A DNA stretch of 64,000 nt from Savitreella phatthalungensis (GCA_051599415.1 AP039698.1:186001-250000), one strand, 5' to 3'; counted from the first letter of the stretch, positions 1 through 12,383 are shown. Numbers and translations are program-made. Notes: a model not told the origin generated them from the letters alone.

Positions 1-647
1 ATGAACACGCTCGTCACGGACTTCCTTCCGGTCGATCGCATTCTCCTGGTCGAGGTAGGAGTCGTACCCCTGCTCAATACGTTGCAAAATCGGTCGCCAA
101 CATTCCTCATTGTTAATGAAGTCTCCGAAGCCAGGCGTGTCGACGATGGAGAGCTGAAGAGAGACGCCATCCTCCTGGACCAGTGCTGTGGTGGTTGTCG
201 TGCTGACGGTCTTGTCATTGCGCTGCTCTCCACCGAGCTGGTAATTTTTCGGTCCATATGTGTCACTGTTGAGGAGCGTGTTGACCATGGTAGACTTGCC
301 GAGTCCTGACTCGCCGACGAGCATGACGGTGAATTCGAAGCCCTTCCGGACAGACTTGCGGTGCCATTGTGCTGGCAGGTTGGCAAAGCCCACGAAGCCT
401 GTGAGTTTACGCTTCACAACTGTCGCGACTGGCGGTGCTGACGCGGTAGCCGGCTGAGCAGCTGCGGGTTTGGATGTCGTTGGTGCAGACATCGAAGGTG
501 TCTGTGGCGTGGAGGGGACGGGAGGTGGGGAGGCGGGTGTGAAGACTGGTTCTTCTGACTTGTTCGAGTTAGTGAGCTGTTCGACTTGTACAGACTCAAT
601 GAGACGAGGAAGAAGGGGAGGATGTCACTTACTTGGTCTGTATCCAT
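1..647 (-). CDS. CDC3: Septin, Cdc3/Spn1 type; 5' part only, runs off the left edge. Exons 647-633 and 558-1, intron 632-559
   Basis: Not in the ORF track. The minus-strand translation reads MDTDQ/SEEP...KRKLTGFVGFANLPAQWHRKSVRKGFEFTVMLVGESGLGKSTMVNTL...LSIVDTPGFGDFINNEECW, containing the septin G1 and G3 motifs. Intron GTAAGT..CACTAAC..AAG keeps the frame. Confidence 0.9.
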
Positions 648-1224
648 CTGTTCGTCGTGATGTCGCTCAAGTGGTGGCTGAACCACGTTCGCGTTGTCTG
701 TTTCAGAGTGTCAGCCTCAGCACTAATTCGTGAGACGGAAGTGGACCGGTCGGTAAGCCGAACCTGCCGGAGTATTACGTACCTGACATGCTGTATTGGC
801 TGTCGAAGGGTCACAAAACACAATCAGCGAGACTTGATAGAGGTCTGGAGTCGCGTGAATCCGCGTGATTGGGGACTGCGTCGAAGTGGAGGATCGAGGA
901 TTGGGCGCGACGCTAGAGATCACGCTTTTGAGACGCGTTCCTTGCTATTGCGAGAGGTGACAAAGGATGTAAAGGAAGGGAGAGAGTCTCGCTGGCGGTC
1001 AGAGCGGACAATGGCCGGTATGCAGTGTCAAAGACTGGATGACCGGGGGTGTGAAGATGCGGAGGAATGGTGCACTAGAGCCTGAGCCTGACCCAGAGTC
1101 TATATCGACGAAAGATATCCGTAGAGCAGAGAGATGACGATCAGATTTCGACTGGGAGGACTTTGTTGAATGTATGGATGGCGGGGGAGTGGTTGCTGCG
1201 GAGGATTGCCTGCGTCGCGTACAA

Positions 1225-1256
1225 GCTACGCTATGCTACGGTACGCTAAGCTACGC
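1225..1256. repeat. Degenerate pentamer tandem (GCTAN)n
   Basis: gctacgctatgctacggtacgctaagctacgc. Confidence 0.6.
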
Positions 1257-2392
1257 ACTTACAGAATACGCTATACAGAGAGAGTGCCGTACTGACTGTA
1301 CAAGTATGCAGCAGGAGAGCTGTGCTGTATTCAGTGTTTATGGTAGGAGAGGCTATTATACTTGACTGTATTCTATTCCATCCATTGTACTGTATACTGT
1401 ATGTACTATGCAGTGCAGGGTAGTGGAGCTGACTTGATTGATTTGATTGAATCAATCTGACCTTGGTCTGTTTGGACTCAAAATTGATCGAAATTCATTT
1501 CAATTCACTCGACATCTTCCATACTGTGCTCAGATACAGCTTTGACAGACTCGATTTTATTGATGTCTTTTGAGCTAGACGCGCCTCCCTTCCACCGTAG
1601 CACGTCTCTAATCACAGACAAATTCATAGTATACTGCAATAGCAAGTACAAGCTTCATTTTCAATCAATTACACAGAGTATCATTATAGGATTTCCTTTT
1701 CGAATTAGCTTCAGCAGTAGAGCTGATCACGAGTACTTTACATGGATGAGATTTCAAATTAAAATTCGAATCATGATCGATCCACTGTCCAGGCTCTGTA
1801 GATCTCGATTTCGAATTAACCTCGCAAGCGAGCTCCACTCTGTCTTGGGGCCCAAATTCTATTCTCTTGCCCGCACCCTCTTCAATGTCTGATCTGAAAT
1901 CGATCATGATCGATGTATTCGTAGTAATTCAGTACCATATGCACACACAGAACAAGTGATCGTGCAGAGCGTAAGAGAACATACGACGATTCTACTTCTA
2001 GCTACGATATATTGCATTATATTGAGTACCTGTAAATCCTATTTTATATACTTAGTATAATTGTCCATCCATACATGTTCATCTAAGATCTATATATCTC
2101 CGGCATATATCTGGTGGAGACGCGCGGAAAACGATCGAGCTCATCCTCAATCACGTGTGTGCACATGTTCTCTCTCAGACATATATGCAGCTCATATGCT
2201 GAATTTCCCCACATCACCTCACATGAGAAGCGTTGTACGCTTTTGAAGTACACTATCTTTCTGCTCAATACAACACTTCTTATTGTTGCTCATTGGACTT
2301 ACAAAAGTTGGTCAAAGTCTAGCTCATCGGGCAAAATACAGGGGATAGACTGAAACGATCGCTGTTCCGCTGGCCGAGCGCCAGGCACACCC

Positions 2393-3340
2393 ATGGCAGA
2401 TATAGCGCCTGAGCCGGAAAAGCTCGCTCTCGGTCCCTTGGCCTATGCTTCAGGTGCAGACATCATCAGGGCAAATCAGAAGGACTCCTACTACATCGGC
2501 AGTCTCTATCACCAGCTCGAGGCGGTTCTTCGTCGCGTTGTTGGAGCACGTACACTGACACAGCACTCCGATGAGCTCTATACCGCTACAAACGCTCTAT
2601 ACCTTGCGTTGACCACACTCGTCGGCGTACGCACGCTCGGCGAGGAGTACTGCGACATCACCAACGTCGTCTCTCGTGGCAGAGGGTTCCCGTCCCTCAG
2701 ACGCCGCACTGCGCTCGTCGTCGGCAGCTCATTCATTCCATATATCCTCGCAAAGTCATGGCCACGTGTCAAGCGGCGATGCCTCGACTTCCTCGAACGC
2801 AAGGGATACACCACCGAGTTTTCAGACAGATGGACCGAGATGATCTCCTCCTTGATGACAGTACAGAATTTGGGCACACTTCACTTGGCATTCTTCTATT
2901 TCACGGGTGCCTATTACACATTCACACGCCGATTCACAAGTATGCGCTATGCGTTCACACGCAAGATGGACGAGTCTGCAGAGCGCGCTGGCTATGAAGT
3001 GCTTGGCACGCTGATGGTCCTTAGATTGGTCCTCCCACTTGTGACGAAACTTGTGCGGTCGGACGATGGTCCAGGCGGCGTGGATGGCATCACAAGCAAC
3101 TCAGTCTCAGGCACGTACACAACGCACATCGATCTAGAAGACGACTCTGTCATGCCGTTCCTGGACGAGCAGGCGCGCAGATGCACACTCTGCCTCAGCC
3201 CAATGCAGGATCCAACGGCGACCTCGTGCGGCCATCTATTCTGCTGGACCTGCATCAGTGAATGGACACGCACCAAACCAGAATGTCCGCTCTGCCGGCA
3301 GGGCGCCAGCGCATCGCACCTCTTGCCGATTCGCGGTTGA
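2393..3340 (+). CDS. PEX10: Peroxisomal RING E3 ligase Pex10
   Basis: Pex2/Pex12 N-domain motifs DIIRANQKD and TLGEEYCDI; C-terminal C3HC4 RING CTLC..CGHLFCWTC..CPLCR. Confidence 0.93.
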   Translation: MADIAPEPEKLALGPLAYASGADIIRANQKDSYYIGSLYHQLEAVLRRVVGARTLTQHSDELYTATNALYLALTTLVGVRTLGEEYCDITNVVSRGRGFPSLRRRTALVVGSSFIPYILAKSWPRVKRRCLDFLERKGYTTEFSDRWTEMISSLMTVQNLGTLHLAFFYFTGAYYTFTRRFTSMRYAFTRKMDESAERAGYEVLGTLMVLRLVLPLVTKLVRSDDGPGGVDGITSNSVSGTYTTHIDLEDDSVMPFLDEQARRCTLCLSPMQDPTATSCGHLFCWTCISEWTRTKPECPLCRQGASASHLLPIRG

Positions 3341-3631
3341 TGGGTCTATCGTCGGGCCAGAGATAGGCTGCACAGAGCATATCTTGTGACCTTGTCCAGA
3401 CAGATCGTAGTCACGTGTAAAATCAATACTACATAAGAACAATCATGCATGATGTGGCTAAGGGTGCGGCGTAAATTCAAATCAAGGCACCCGACATAGG
3501 CTCATGCGGTCGTTTGCACAGGCGCATCGACCAAGACCTACCAAGACCAATACTCGGAACGACTCTTGCACTCAGCTCAAGAAAACCGCTCTTCTCTGCT
3601 CATCACGCACATACATCACATAGCTACAAAC

Positions 3632-4427
3632 ATGAACAGAGGTCGCGGTGGCTTCACACCACGCGGCGGACGTGGTGGATTTGCACCTCGAGGCGGACGT
3701 GGTGGCTTTGGCGGTGGTGACCGGTTTGGTGGTACGTTCTGCTGCTAGAGCATATACAGAGTGTTTGGTGGATGTAAGTACTGACGATTTTTCTTGCAGG
3801 CGACCGGAACGCGATTCCTGACCAGGTGCTGGAACTCGGGAGCTTCATGCACGCGTGCGAGGGTGAGTTGGTGTGCGAGTCGACAAACGTCAAGATTCCC
3901 TACTTCAACGCCCCGATCTTCCTCCAGAACAAGACGCCGATCGGCAAGGTGGACGAGATCCTTGGACCCATGAACCAGGTCTACTTCACAGTCAAGCCAC
4001 AGGAAGGCATCGTCGCTACCTCTTTCAAGCAAGGCGACAAGGTCTACGTTGGCGGCGACAAGCTTCTCCCACTCGAGAGATTTCTCCCGCAGCCAAAGGC
4101 AGCAGGCGTCAAGAAGCCTAAGCCAGCAGGCGGTCGTGGAGGCGCACGCGGGGGTGGTCGTGGCGGCGGTTTCGGTGCACCTCGTGGACGCGGAGCACCT
4201 AGAGGTCGCGGTGGTCCTCCTGGGCGCGGCGGCTTCGGTGGTGGTCGCGGTGGAGGTTTTGGCGGAGGTCGTGGCGGATTCGGCGCACCTGGAGGTCGTG
4301 GTGGCTTCACACCCAGAGGAGGTATGTCTTTCACCCCGTTGAACACTACTGAAAAAGCCTGAAGAACAATCTACTGACACGTATCACAGGACGAGGAGGT
4401 TTCACACCACGGGGACGCGGCAGGTAA
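3632..4427 (+). CDS. GAR1: H/ACA snoRNP protein Gar1; exons 3632-3731, 3800-4321, 4390-4427
   Basis: RGG-rich termini flank the core [46 protein letters not shown]. Introns GTACGT..TACTGAC..CAG and GTATGT..TACTGAC..CAG restore the frame. Confidence 0.95.
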
Positions 4428-4757
4428 ATGCCCTCCAATGACTCTGGGTCTTTTCGATCAGATGTCCTGTCGCCATTGGCAGCTCCCTCGACGATACCCG
4501 GATCCCTTACGTAGTCACTCTACAAATGTATATACGTGTTCAAGTCTCTTGTGGAGCGAGGTTAGACTGTGGGCGGACCTCTTGCTTATGTACGATTGCG
4601 CCATCCCGTGCAGATCTTGGTTGATTTCCCCACACAAATAAATATCCCATCAAGCACGGTATCTATCAAAAAGTCTCAGTATCCTCTGCACAAGGATTAT
4701 CACCTTCCGGCGCGTCAAAGTCAGCTCCTTGTACTACCTTCAAAGCTGTCATCCACC

Positions 4758-6101
4758 ATGCTCGCATTAGATGACCCGATTGCGATCGTCGGCGGAGGTG
4801 CCAGTGGTCTCGTCTCGATCAAGGCTTTGCAGAGCGAAGGCTTCACGAATATCGCGCTATTCGAGCGGCGGCAAGATCTAGGGGGCGTATGGCTGTTCGA
4901 TGGGGACGAGACGTCGACGCCAGATGGCGAGCGTTTCCCAAGTCCGATGTACGATCGCCTGGTGGGCAATATCTGGTACAGACTGCTTGAGCTGGAATCG
5001 CACAAGTTCCCTGATGGGACGCCGGAGTTTCCAGATCGGCGGCAGATGCAGCAGTACCTGCTCGACTATGCGAACGAGGTTCGCCCTCTCACGCATACGC
5101 ACACCAACGTCGTGAGCGCGAGTAAGGAAGGCGACGAGTGGATTGTGCAGCTGCAGGACACGCGGGACCGTGGCAGGAGTGACACAGAGACCGCGGATAA
5201 CGATGCGTCGCAGCGCAAGGTCACAGAGCGCAGGTTCAAAGCCTTGATCCTGGCTTGTGGGCTCTACGATAACCCAGACACGCCGAATATTCCTGGACTG
5301 GCAGAATTGGAGCGACAGTATCCCGATGTCGTCACACACTCGAAATGGTACCGAGACCCGACAGAGTTTGCCGGGAAGAGACTGCTCGTCGTCGGCAACG
5401 GTCCTAGTGGCATCGACATTGCTGCGCAGGCGGCTGACTATGCGCAGACCCCAATATACAGGCCGATACACGGGCCAGCGGAGCACGCATGCCTCCCAGA
5501 CGACCGCATCATCGACACGAAGCCCGTCGATCACTTCGACCCGGCTACTCGAACCGCTGTCCTCACAGACGGTACGCGGATCGACGACATCGACCGTATC
5601 ATCATCTCTACGGGTTACAGGCACAACTTCCCATTCCTTTCATCGCTCAACAGTTCTGCAGAACCGCTCATCACAGACGGCGCTCGCGTTCACAACCTCT
5701 ACAAACACATCTTCTATCGGCCTGATCCGACATTGGCATTCGTTGGATTACTGATTGCCGCAATCCCATTTCCTGTGAGTGAGGCGCAGGCGCTGACGCT
5801 TGCGCGCGTCTGGTCAGGCAGATTGGTTTTGCCTGGAAACGCTGCGATGAGAGCGGACGAGGAAGAGAGACTGGTTGTGTGGGGTGACACGTACAAGTTC
5901 CACAAGATGCGGTACCCACAAGATGCAGACTACGGCGACGACCTCAGAGCATGGTGCGAGGAGGCGTCCCCGAAGAAAGCACAAGAAAAGCTGCCAGTCA
6001 AGTGGACAGACGAGAGAAGGCTCTGGCGGAGGCAAAATTTGGAGATGAAGATGAATCAACTACGAAAGGCGAGGGAACAGCACAAGCACGCATTCGAGTG
6101 A
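4758..6101 (+). CDS. FMO1: Flavin-containing monooxygenase (thiol-specific Fmo1-like)
   Basis: FAD motif IAIVGGGASG, ERRQDLGGVW, FMO signature variant HSKWYR, NADPH motif VVGNGPSGID, and STGY. First ATG is at 4758. Confidence 0.85.
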   Translation: MLALDDPIAIVGGGASGLVSIKALQSEGFTNIALFERRQDLGGVWLFDGDETSTPDGERFPSPMYDRLVGNIWYRLLELESHKFPDGTPEFPDRRQMQQYLLDYANEVRPLTHTHTNVVSASKEGDEWIVQLQDTRDRGRSDTETADNDASQRKVTERRFKALILACGLYDNPDTPNIPGLAELERQYPDVVTHSKWYRDPTEFAGKRLLVVGNGPSGIDIAAQAADYAQTPIYRPIHGPAEHACLPDDRIIDTKPVDHFDPATRTAVLTDGTRIDDIDRIIISTGYRHNFPFLSSLNSSAEPLITDGARVHNLYKHIFYRPDPTLAFVGLLIAAIPFPVSEAQALTLARVWSGRLVLPGNAAMRADEEERLVVWGDTYKFHKMRYPQDADYGDDLRAWCEEASPKKAQEKLPVKWTDERRLWRRQNLEMKMNQLRKAREQHKHAFE

Positions 6102-6458
6102 AGCCTGGGCAAAACGATTTAATCAGATGCCATCATACAGACTCGGTAAATATATGAATGGGATAGAGATGTGTAGCAAATGAAGAAAAGCTCATAGTCG
6201 ATCAGCGCAACATGCATGGTACGTACGATGTTGAGTGGCAATTTACATATGCTGCGTGAGCACACTTAATCCGGAGTTGTTGAGAGCGCCAGACACGCTA
6301 GCTCCATGACACAGATCATGTTCGAGGCAGAGGACGCTGCATCGAAGAACGGCCCTTGCTGAGACACTCTAGACAAGACTGATCGAGAGCGCAACAGAGT
6401 AGATGAGATACGATGCCATGACTCGAAAGACTGAACATGACCACAAAAGAAGAAAAAG

Positions 6459-6467
6459 AAAAAAAAA
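6459..6467 (-). terminator. RNA polymerase III oligo(T) terminator of tRNA-Val
   Basis: A9 on the + strand directly after the discriminator base. Confidence 0.8.
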
Positions 6468-6559
6468 TACCACGTGCCGGGATCGAACCGGCGACCTGTT
6501 CCGCACGCATTTCGACGAAAAAATGTGAAGGAAACGTCATACCGCTAGACCAACGCGGC
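6468..6559 (-). tRNA. tRNA-Val(CAC) with a 20-nt intron (6523-6504)
   Basis: Acceptor stem GCCGCGT/ACGTGGT-A; D arm TGGTCTAGCGGTATGAC; anticodon arm TTTCC-TT-CAC-A[intron]C-GGAAC; T arm GCCGG-TTCGATC-CCGGC; T9 tract immediately downstream. Confidence 0.9.
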
Positions 6560-6741
6560 ATCTGCGGAATTTCGACAAAATACAACATATAAACGCCGAT
6601 TCAATTTAGCAAAGACGCGTACCACAGACGCGTTCTTCATGCACAGTAAGAACATCAGACTCTTGTTCACTTGAACTCACAGTGCACTTCCTCTGAGGAT
6701 TCCATCAGCGTCACACTCTCTGTACGCTTTCATCGCCCGTC

Positions 6742-9543
6742 ATGGCGGATGCGCAGCCGGCTATGGAGCTGGACTCCGCGCAGGAGGACGGCTTCTGCAG
6801 CTTCTTCAACCACCTGCCAGCCAAAGACGACAATGTTTGCCGAATCTTCGACAGAAACGGATTCTACTCTGCTCACGGCTCAGATGCCGTGTTCATAGCT
6901 CGCACGGTCTACAAGACACAGACAGTACTCAAGCACCTCGGCAACAAGGACCCAACCCGCGGGTTGGCATCCGTCACCATGTCACACATGGTGATGCAGT
7001 CCTTTGTCAGAGACTGCCTGGCCAACCGCGGTATGAGGATCGAGATCTGGCGTGCCGAAAAGGGGAGTCGCTCACAGTTCCGCGTCGCAAAAGTCGCAAG
7101 TCCGGGAAACCTGCAGGACGTCGAGGACATCATCTACGGATCTGCCGCCACAGCTGTGACCGATCCAGTCCTCATGGCCGTCAAATTATCCATCAAGGAT
7201 AACGTATCGACAGTCGGGACATGCTTCACTGGGGCAAATCTTCGCGAGATCGGTCTGAACGAGTTCGTGGACGACGAGCTGTTTAGCAACTTTGAAAGTA
7301 TGGTCATTCAGTGCGGCGTCAAGGAGTGTCTGGTACAGGCCGTCGAGAGCTATGAGATGACGAAACTTACGACAGTGCTCGAGCGATGCGATATTGTCGT
7401 CACAACGCTCAAGAACTCCGAGTTCTCCGACAAAGACGTTCGCGATGACCTTACACGACTGCTCGGTGATGACGACCCTTCGAAGCTTGCCAAATTTGAC
7501 CTGAACCTAGCATGTGGCGCTGCCAACGCCCTCCTTCGCTACCTCTCTCTCATGTCGGATGCTTCGAACTTTGCAACCTACAAATTATCACAGTACGATC
7601 TATCGCAGTATATGCGACTCGATGCTTCAGCCCTGCGGGCACTCTCTCTCATGCCAGCGCCACAGGATGGTGCTAAGACGATGAGCGTGTTCGGGTTGCT
7701 CAACAAGGCGAAGACACCGCTTGGGCAACGCCTACTCGGCCAATGGCTCAAACAGCCACTCGTCGACGTCGACGAGATCCGGAAGCGCCATGACCTGGTG
7801 GAGTACTTCTGCAACAGGTCAGACCTCTGCAGCATCGTTCAGCAGGACCACCTCAAATACGTGCCGGACCTGTACCGTCTATCGAAGAAATTCAAGCGCA
7901 GTGGAGCTGATCTACAAGATGTCGTCAGGCTATACCAGGTTGTCATTAGACTCCCTGGCCTCACACAGGTTCTCCAAGACTCTCCAGATCATGTCCGGTC
8001 TGCCTTTGTCACTCCGATCGATGAGCAGCTTGGATCGCTTAGCAAATTCGCCGACCTCGTCGAGACCACGGTCGACCTCGATGCACTTGATCGACATGAA
8101 TTCCTGATCAAGCCCGAATTTGATGAGAATCTGAGGATCCTCAAGGAGCGTATCTCCACGCTCGAGGCTCAACTACACGCCGAGCACGAGGCCGTGGGGA
8201 ACGCACTCAATGCAGACACGGACAAGAAGCTGAAGCTTGAGCAGCACAGCACGTTCGGCTATTGCCTACGTCTCACACGTCTGGAAGCGAGCAGCATTCG
8301 TGGGAAGCGCGAGTACTCAGAGCTCCAGACCTCCAAGGCAGGCGTCTATTTCACTACCACTAAGCTCTCGAAGCTCTCGCGCGAGTACGGTGATGCGAGC
8401 CAGCAGTACGGTCGCCATCAGACTGGCCTGGTGCGGGAAGTGGTCACGATCGCTGCATCGTACTGTCCTGTGGTGGAGCGGCTGGGTGCGGTTGTGGCGA
8501 CGCTGGACGTCATCCTTGCCTTTGCCAGCACATCCATCCTCGCTCCCACACAATACGTCCGACCGACGATGCATGCAAAGGGCGAGGGCGACGTGATGCT
8601 GGTGCAAGCCCGACACCCGTGCATCGAGGCTCAAGACGATGTCACCTTCATCCCGAACGATGTCGAGCTTCGCCGAGGCGACTCGGAGTTCCTCATCATC
8701 ACAGGAGCAAACATGGGTGGAAAGTCGACATACATTCGCCAGATTGGCGTCATTGCCCTGCTCGCCCAGATTGGATGCTTCGTGCCGTGCACAAGCGCAG
8801 AGTTGACTGTGTTTGACTCGATCTTAGCGAGAGTCGGTGCTGGTGACTCACAGCTGAAAGGCGTGTCGACGTTCATGGCAGAGATGCTGGAAACTGCGAC
8901 GATTCTGCGGTCGGCAACGCGAGACTCTCTGATCATTATCGACGAGCTCGGTCGCGGCACTTCGACCACCGACGGATTTGGCATCGCCTGGGCCATCTCT
9001 CAGTACATCGTCGAGCGGATCTGCTGCTTCGGCCTCTTTGCCACCCACTTCCACGAGCTCACAGACCTGGCGAAGAAAGTACCAACGGTCAAGAACCTGC
9101 ACGTCGAAGCGCACATCGACACGACCGCCTCTCCGCAGGACGACACGCACACCCGCACGGACGCAGACATCACACTCCTCTACCGTGTCGCCCCTGGCGT
9201 CAGCGACCAGTCGTTCGGTATTCACGTCGCCGAGTTGGCGAAACTGCCGCCGACGGTGATTGCGATGGCGAAGCGGAAAGCTGAGGAGTTGGCAGAAGAA
9301 TCTGGTGATCCTCGGAAACATGCGCGAAAAGACGGTGGCGATGCCGTCGACGACGAAAACGACGATACACAACAGGGACAAGATAGAATCAAACAAATCC
9401 TAGACGCCTGGAGAGCACGCGCCCTACAACTCCCTCCAGACCTCCCAGAAGACCAACTCAAATCGGCCTTTAGAGAAATCGTCGACCCGCATCGAGAGTT
9501 CCTGAGCCAAAACGCCTGGTACACCAGAGTCACACAGACTTAG
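6742..9543 (+). CDS. MSH2: DNA mismatch repair protein Msh2
   Basis: 933 aa MutS homolog: FYSAHGSDA, YMRLDASAL, Walker A ITGANMGGKSTYIRQ, SQLKGVSTFMAEMLE, IIIDELGRGTST, FATHFHELT, DQSFGIHVAELA. Confidence 0.97.
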   Translation: MADAQPAMELDSAQEDGFCSFFNHLPAKDDNVCRIFDRNGFYSAHGSDAVFIARTVYKTQTVLKHLGNKDPTRGLASVTMSHMVMQSFVRDCLANRGMRIEIWRAEKGSRSQFRVAKVASPGNLQDVEDIIYGSAATAVTDPVLMAVKLSIKDNVSTVGTCFTGANLREIGLNEFVDDELFSNFESMVIQCGVKECLVQAVESYEMTKLTTVLERCDIVVTTLKNSEFSDKDVRDDLTRLLGDDDPSKLAKFDLNLACGAANALLRYLSLMSDASNFATYKLSQYDLSQYMRLDASALRALSLMPAPQDGAKTMSVFGLLNKAKTPLGQRLLGQWLKQPLVDVDEIRKRHDLVEYFCNRSDLCSIVQQDHLKYVPDLYRLSKKFKRSGADLQDVVRLYQVVIRLPGLTQVLQDSPDHVRSAFVTPIDEQLGSLSKFADLVETTVDLDALDRHEFLIKPEFDENLRILKERISTLEAQLHAEHEAVGNALNADTDKKLKLEQHSTFGYCLRLTRLEASSIRGKREYSELQTSKAGVYFTTTKLSKLSREYGDASQQYGRHQTGLVREVVTIAASYCPVVERLGAVVATLDVILAFASTSILAPTQYVRPTMHAKGEGDVMLVQARHPCIEAQDDVTFIPNDVELRRGDSEFLIITGANMGGKSTYIRQIGVIALLAQIGCFVPCTSAELTVFDSILARVGAGDSQLKGVSTFMAEMLETATILRSATRDSLIIIDELGRGTSTTDGFGIAWAISQYIVERICCFGLFATHFHELTDLAKKVPTVKNLHVEAHIDTTASPQDDTHTRTDADITLLYRVAPGVSDQSFGIHVAELAKLPPTVIAMAKRKAEELAEESGDPRKHARKDGGDAVDDENDDTQQGQDRIKQILDAWRARALQLPPDLPEDQLKSAFREIVDPHREFLSQNAWYTRVTQT

Positions 9544-12383
9544 AACTCCCGGGAACGATACAAAAGCGACAGCACGCTCCCGCACCTCACTCGACTAATG
9601 TCCAGTATATGCTACGCCAGTTACGTAATGACCATCGATGCATGTTTGCCATGAAATACAAACCCGCTTGCGCGTGTCTGAACGGCTTTGAGTCTCCGGC
9701 GAGTGGTATAGCTCGGCGACTTTGTGCATTGGATTGTTGAGTGGATGGCTGTGCAAAGGAACGATACGCGCTCGTTGTCTACGATCGATGGAGTCACATG
9801 CCTCCTGGTTTGATGCGGCCACCATGTGCATTCCACACAAGCAATACGCGTCGATGCTAGTGTTCGCGGGGGGTTCAACTGCAAATCACTCATCACATGA
9901 AATAAGTCACCACCGCCCGACACATCAGAAGCACCCGCGCATGACAGATGCAGAGCATCACGTTCATCTCGCCCAGGATCTACTTCACAACAGCCAGAGC
10001 GCGTGCTCGGGAGATCGACCGAACTCGGGAGTGGTTGAAGGGGTTTGAGTGACATGACATGCTGGTTTACAGCTAATTGGATCTGCTAGGGAGAGGCGCC
10101 GGCGGAATCACACGTGGAATGCAGGTGCACAGATTCCGAGATACGATGATAATGTGCAACCGAATCTGTCTAGGTGAGTGAAACCACGTCAATCCATCGA
10201 GATCGTGTGCTCAAATCAGCCTTGAGCATCTCGAAAGAAACGCGACTCTGGTGCACGGAATATGATGGATGAACCTGTATCGGTGTGTGACGGAGGATTC
10301 TGGTTTCTGGCAAAAAAGATGGGGTGGCAATGGTGGGGAAAGAGAGATTTTCGGAGTGCCAAGGAATTCAGAAGTTAATAAAATGGGATTGACGGAGTCG
10401 GGAAGGATCGACCGGCATTCATAATTCGTCTTCGAACACCACTCACATCCGAAGAAGGACTGAAGACGGGGCAAGGGTGAGAATACACGAAAAAGGAGGC
10501 GTCCTCAACAAGCACAAGGTTCTCTCAGGTGACGTCGAGCGTGGGTGGTGGAACGTGGATAGTGGACAATTCGGCAATGACCGTGCTAAATAGACTTATA
10601 CGGTTGACCGAGAGAGGATTATTAGTGTGAATGGCCAACCGGATAGATTCTGATCAACGGGTGAGTTTGCTGAATTTGAAGATATAATCCAGAGAACGTT
10701 AATGCGGTCACCAGGAATCACGACCTGCAATGCAAGCCAGTAGAAAGATCATGGAGGACAGAATGGTTGCCGTGCATTCAACGATGGATGCTTAGAACGG
10801 CCGAGCAGGAGATGATACCTACACGGCAGAACGAGACATGGCGTACCAAAATGTAGGAGTAACGGCGTCATCGTCTGGGACAAATTGCTTTGAACAGGAA
10901 AATCGGAAGAATAGGGCACTGAATTCAAACCAAATTCAGACTGGAAAAACACGATTGTAGATATCCATAAGCGCGAATGCGTGCATAGCAGGAATGGAAT
11001 GATGGATGGAAGCACGGGTTGGGAGTGATGGAGGATTCGATCTATTTACAGTCGGCAAGCTTCTCCCCTTCAATCTGCTTCAATCTCATTCACTTTTCTC
11101 GCTAACAGAGACTATTCTTGCCAACGGCCCGGCAACAGATTGAAGGAGTAGTTCTTGAAGCTGGCTTCTTTCACCTAGCTGTGAGCGTCCAGCAGAAGTC
11201 CTGAAGCGGCGGTTCTCGAAAGTGAGACCGCTTGAGCCACGATCGGACGGGAGGATTTCGAGGCGGTAGCATCACATGAAGGTTGTTCACCCAAACCGGT
11301 CATCTGCCTGAGACAGCCACACGGAAGGATCTGACACAAGATCAGGGTACCAAGATAATGGTTATGAAATCATAGCTGCTGCTGGAGAAAAGTCAGTCAG
11401 ATGGACCATACGGTTGTGGCGGTTCTTGGAGTGGGAAAACGGCAGAGACTATGCAATTCAATTGTCTATAGATTGAGAGAATCGGTCATGCGAAGATCTT
11501 TAATCTGGGAAAAGAGCCAAGCTTAATTCAATTAAAGCGGCTTCCAAACACCAGCCTCTTCATCAATCATTTCCACAGGCTGGAGATATGAATTTCGTGA
11601 CTAATTGGTCGAATTTTACTGCTCTCAGATACAGAATCAACCATTGAACCAAGGGCAGGTCAAAACCTCGCTGACTACCTCCTCAACCTCCGCTTCCTTC
11701 CTCCTCATGCTGAGATTAGCGTTCACTCAGCCGCCTCGTCTACAGCGCATGAGTGTTCGAGCAGTAGGTAACAAAGCCAGTAAGCACAATCAACTCTTCA
11801 ACCACTGAATATTGGCTTGATACAGCTTTTCTCCCTCGCTGCCCTGCCACCCGGGCACTATGCCATTACGACTCAATCTTGACTCGCTCTGTCTATCATT
11901 TCATGCTTTCGTGGCGCTGACGCTAAACCAGGTCGAATCAAGACCTTGACTCTCTTGCTCTCTTACTGGCCTGATAAAGTGTCTTTGAGTCGGCTGGTCT
12001 ATCCCTTAGGCTCTTTAGTTTCTCTACCGATTCCTATAACGGATCTCCTCCCGAAGCAGTCCACTCGGGCAAGCCATCTGGCAACTGAGTGTGCGTCGGT
12101 GGACGACAGAGCACCAAGTAGAGATGGTCAAGCAACTTGGGCTGACTTTTGAGGGCGGGAGTTGGATAAATGAATCGCGATAGACAGATGGCAGAATTAG
12201 CCTGTTCTGAATGGAGGGCAATGGGCTGAGGAGGTCACGCAGATGCGCAAGTCAGCACTTTTACCCCCCGCCCCTCCGATCCTGGTCGATCCACTCAGAC
12301 TGGGTCAATCACAACGATCGAGCGAACGACCAGGCGACCAAACAACCTGACCAACATCATTCCGGTCAACCGACAACCCGTAC

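Noticed and set aside
1..309. Plus-strand 102-aa ORF
   Set aside because: Antisense shadow of the minus-strand septin CDS.
1740..1915. Short palindromes such as ATCGATCATGATCGAT in the AT-richer septin/PEX10 intergenic region
   Set aside because: No regular spacing, TIR/TSD or RNA gene motifs; compatible with chance.
4322..4389. GAR1 ending at 4362 (..[13 protein letters not shown]) as in the ORF track
   Set aside because: A canonical GTATGT..TACTGAC..CAG intron gives the expected RGG C-terminus ending at 4427.
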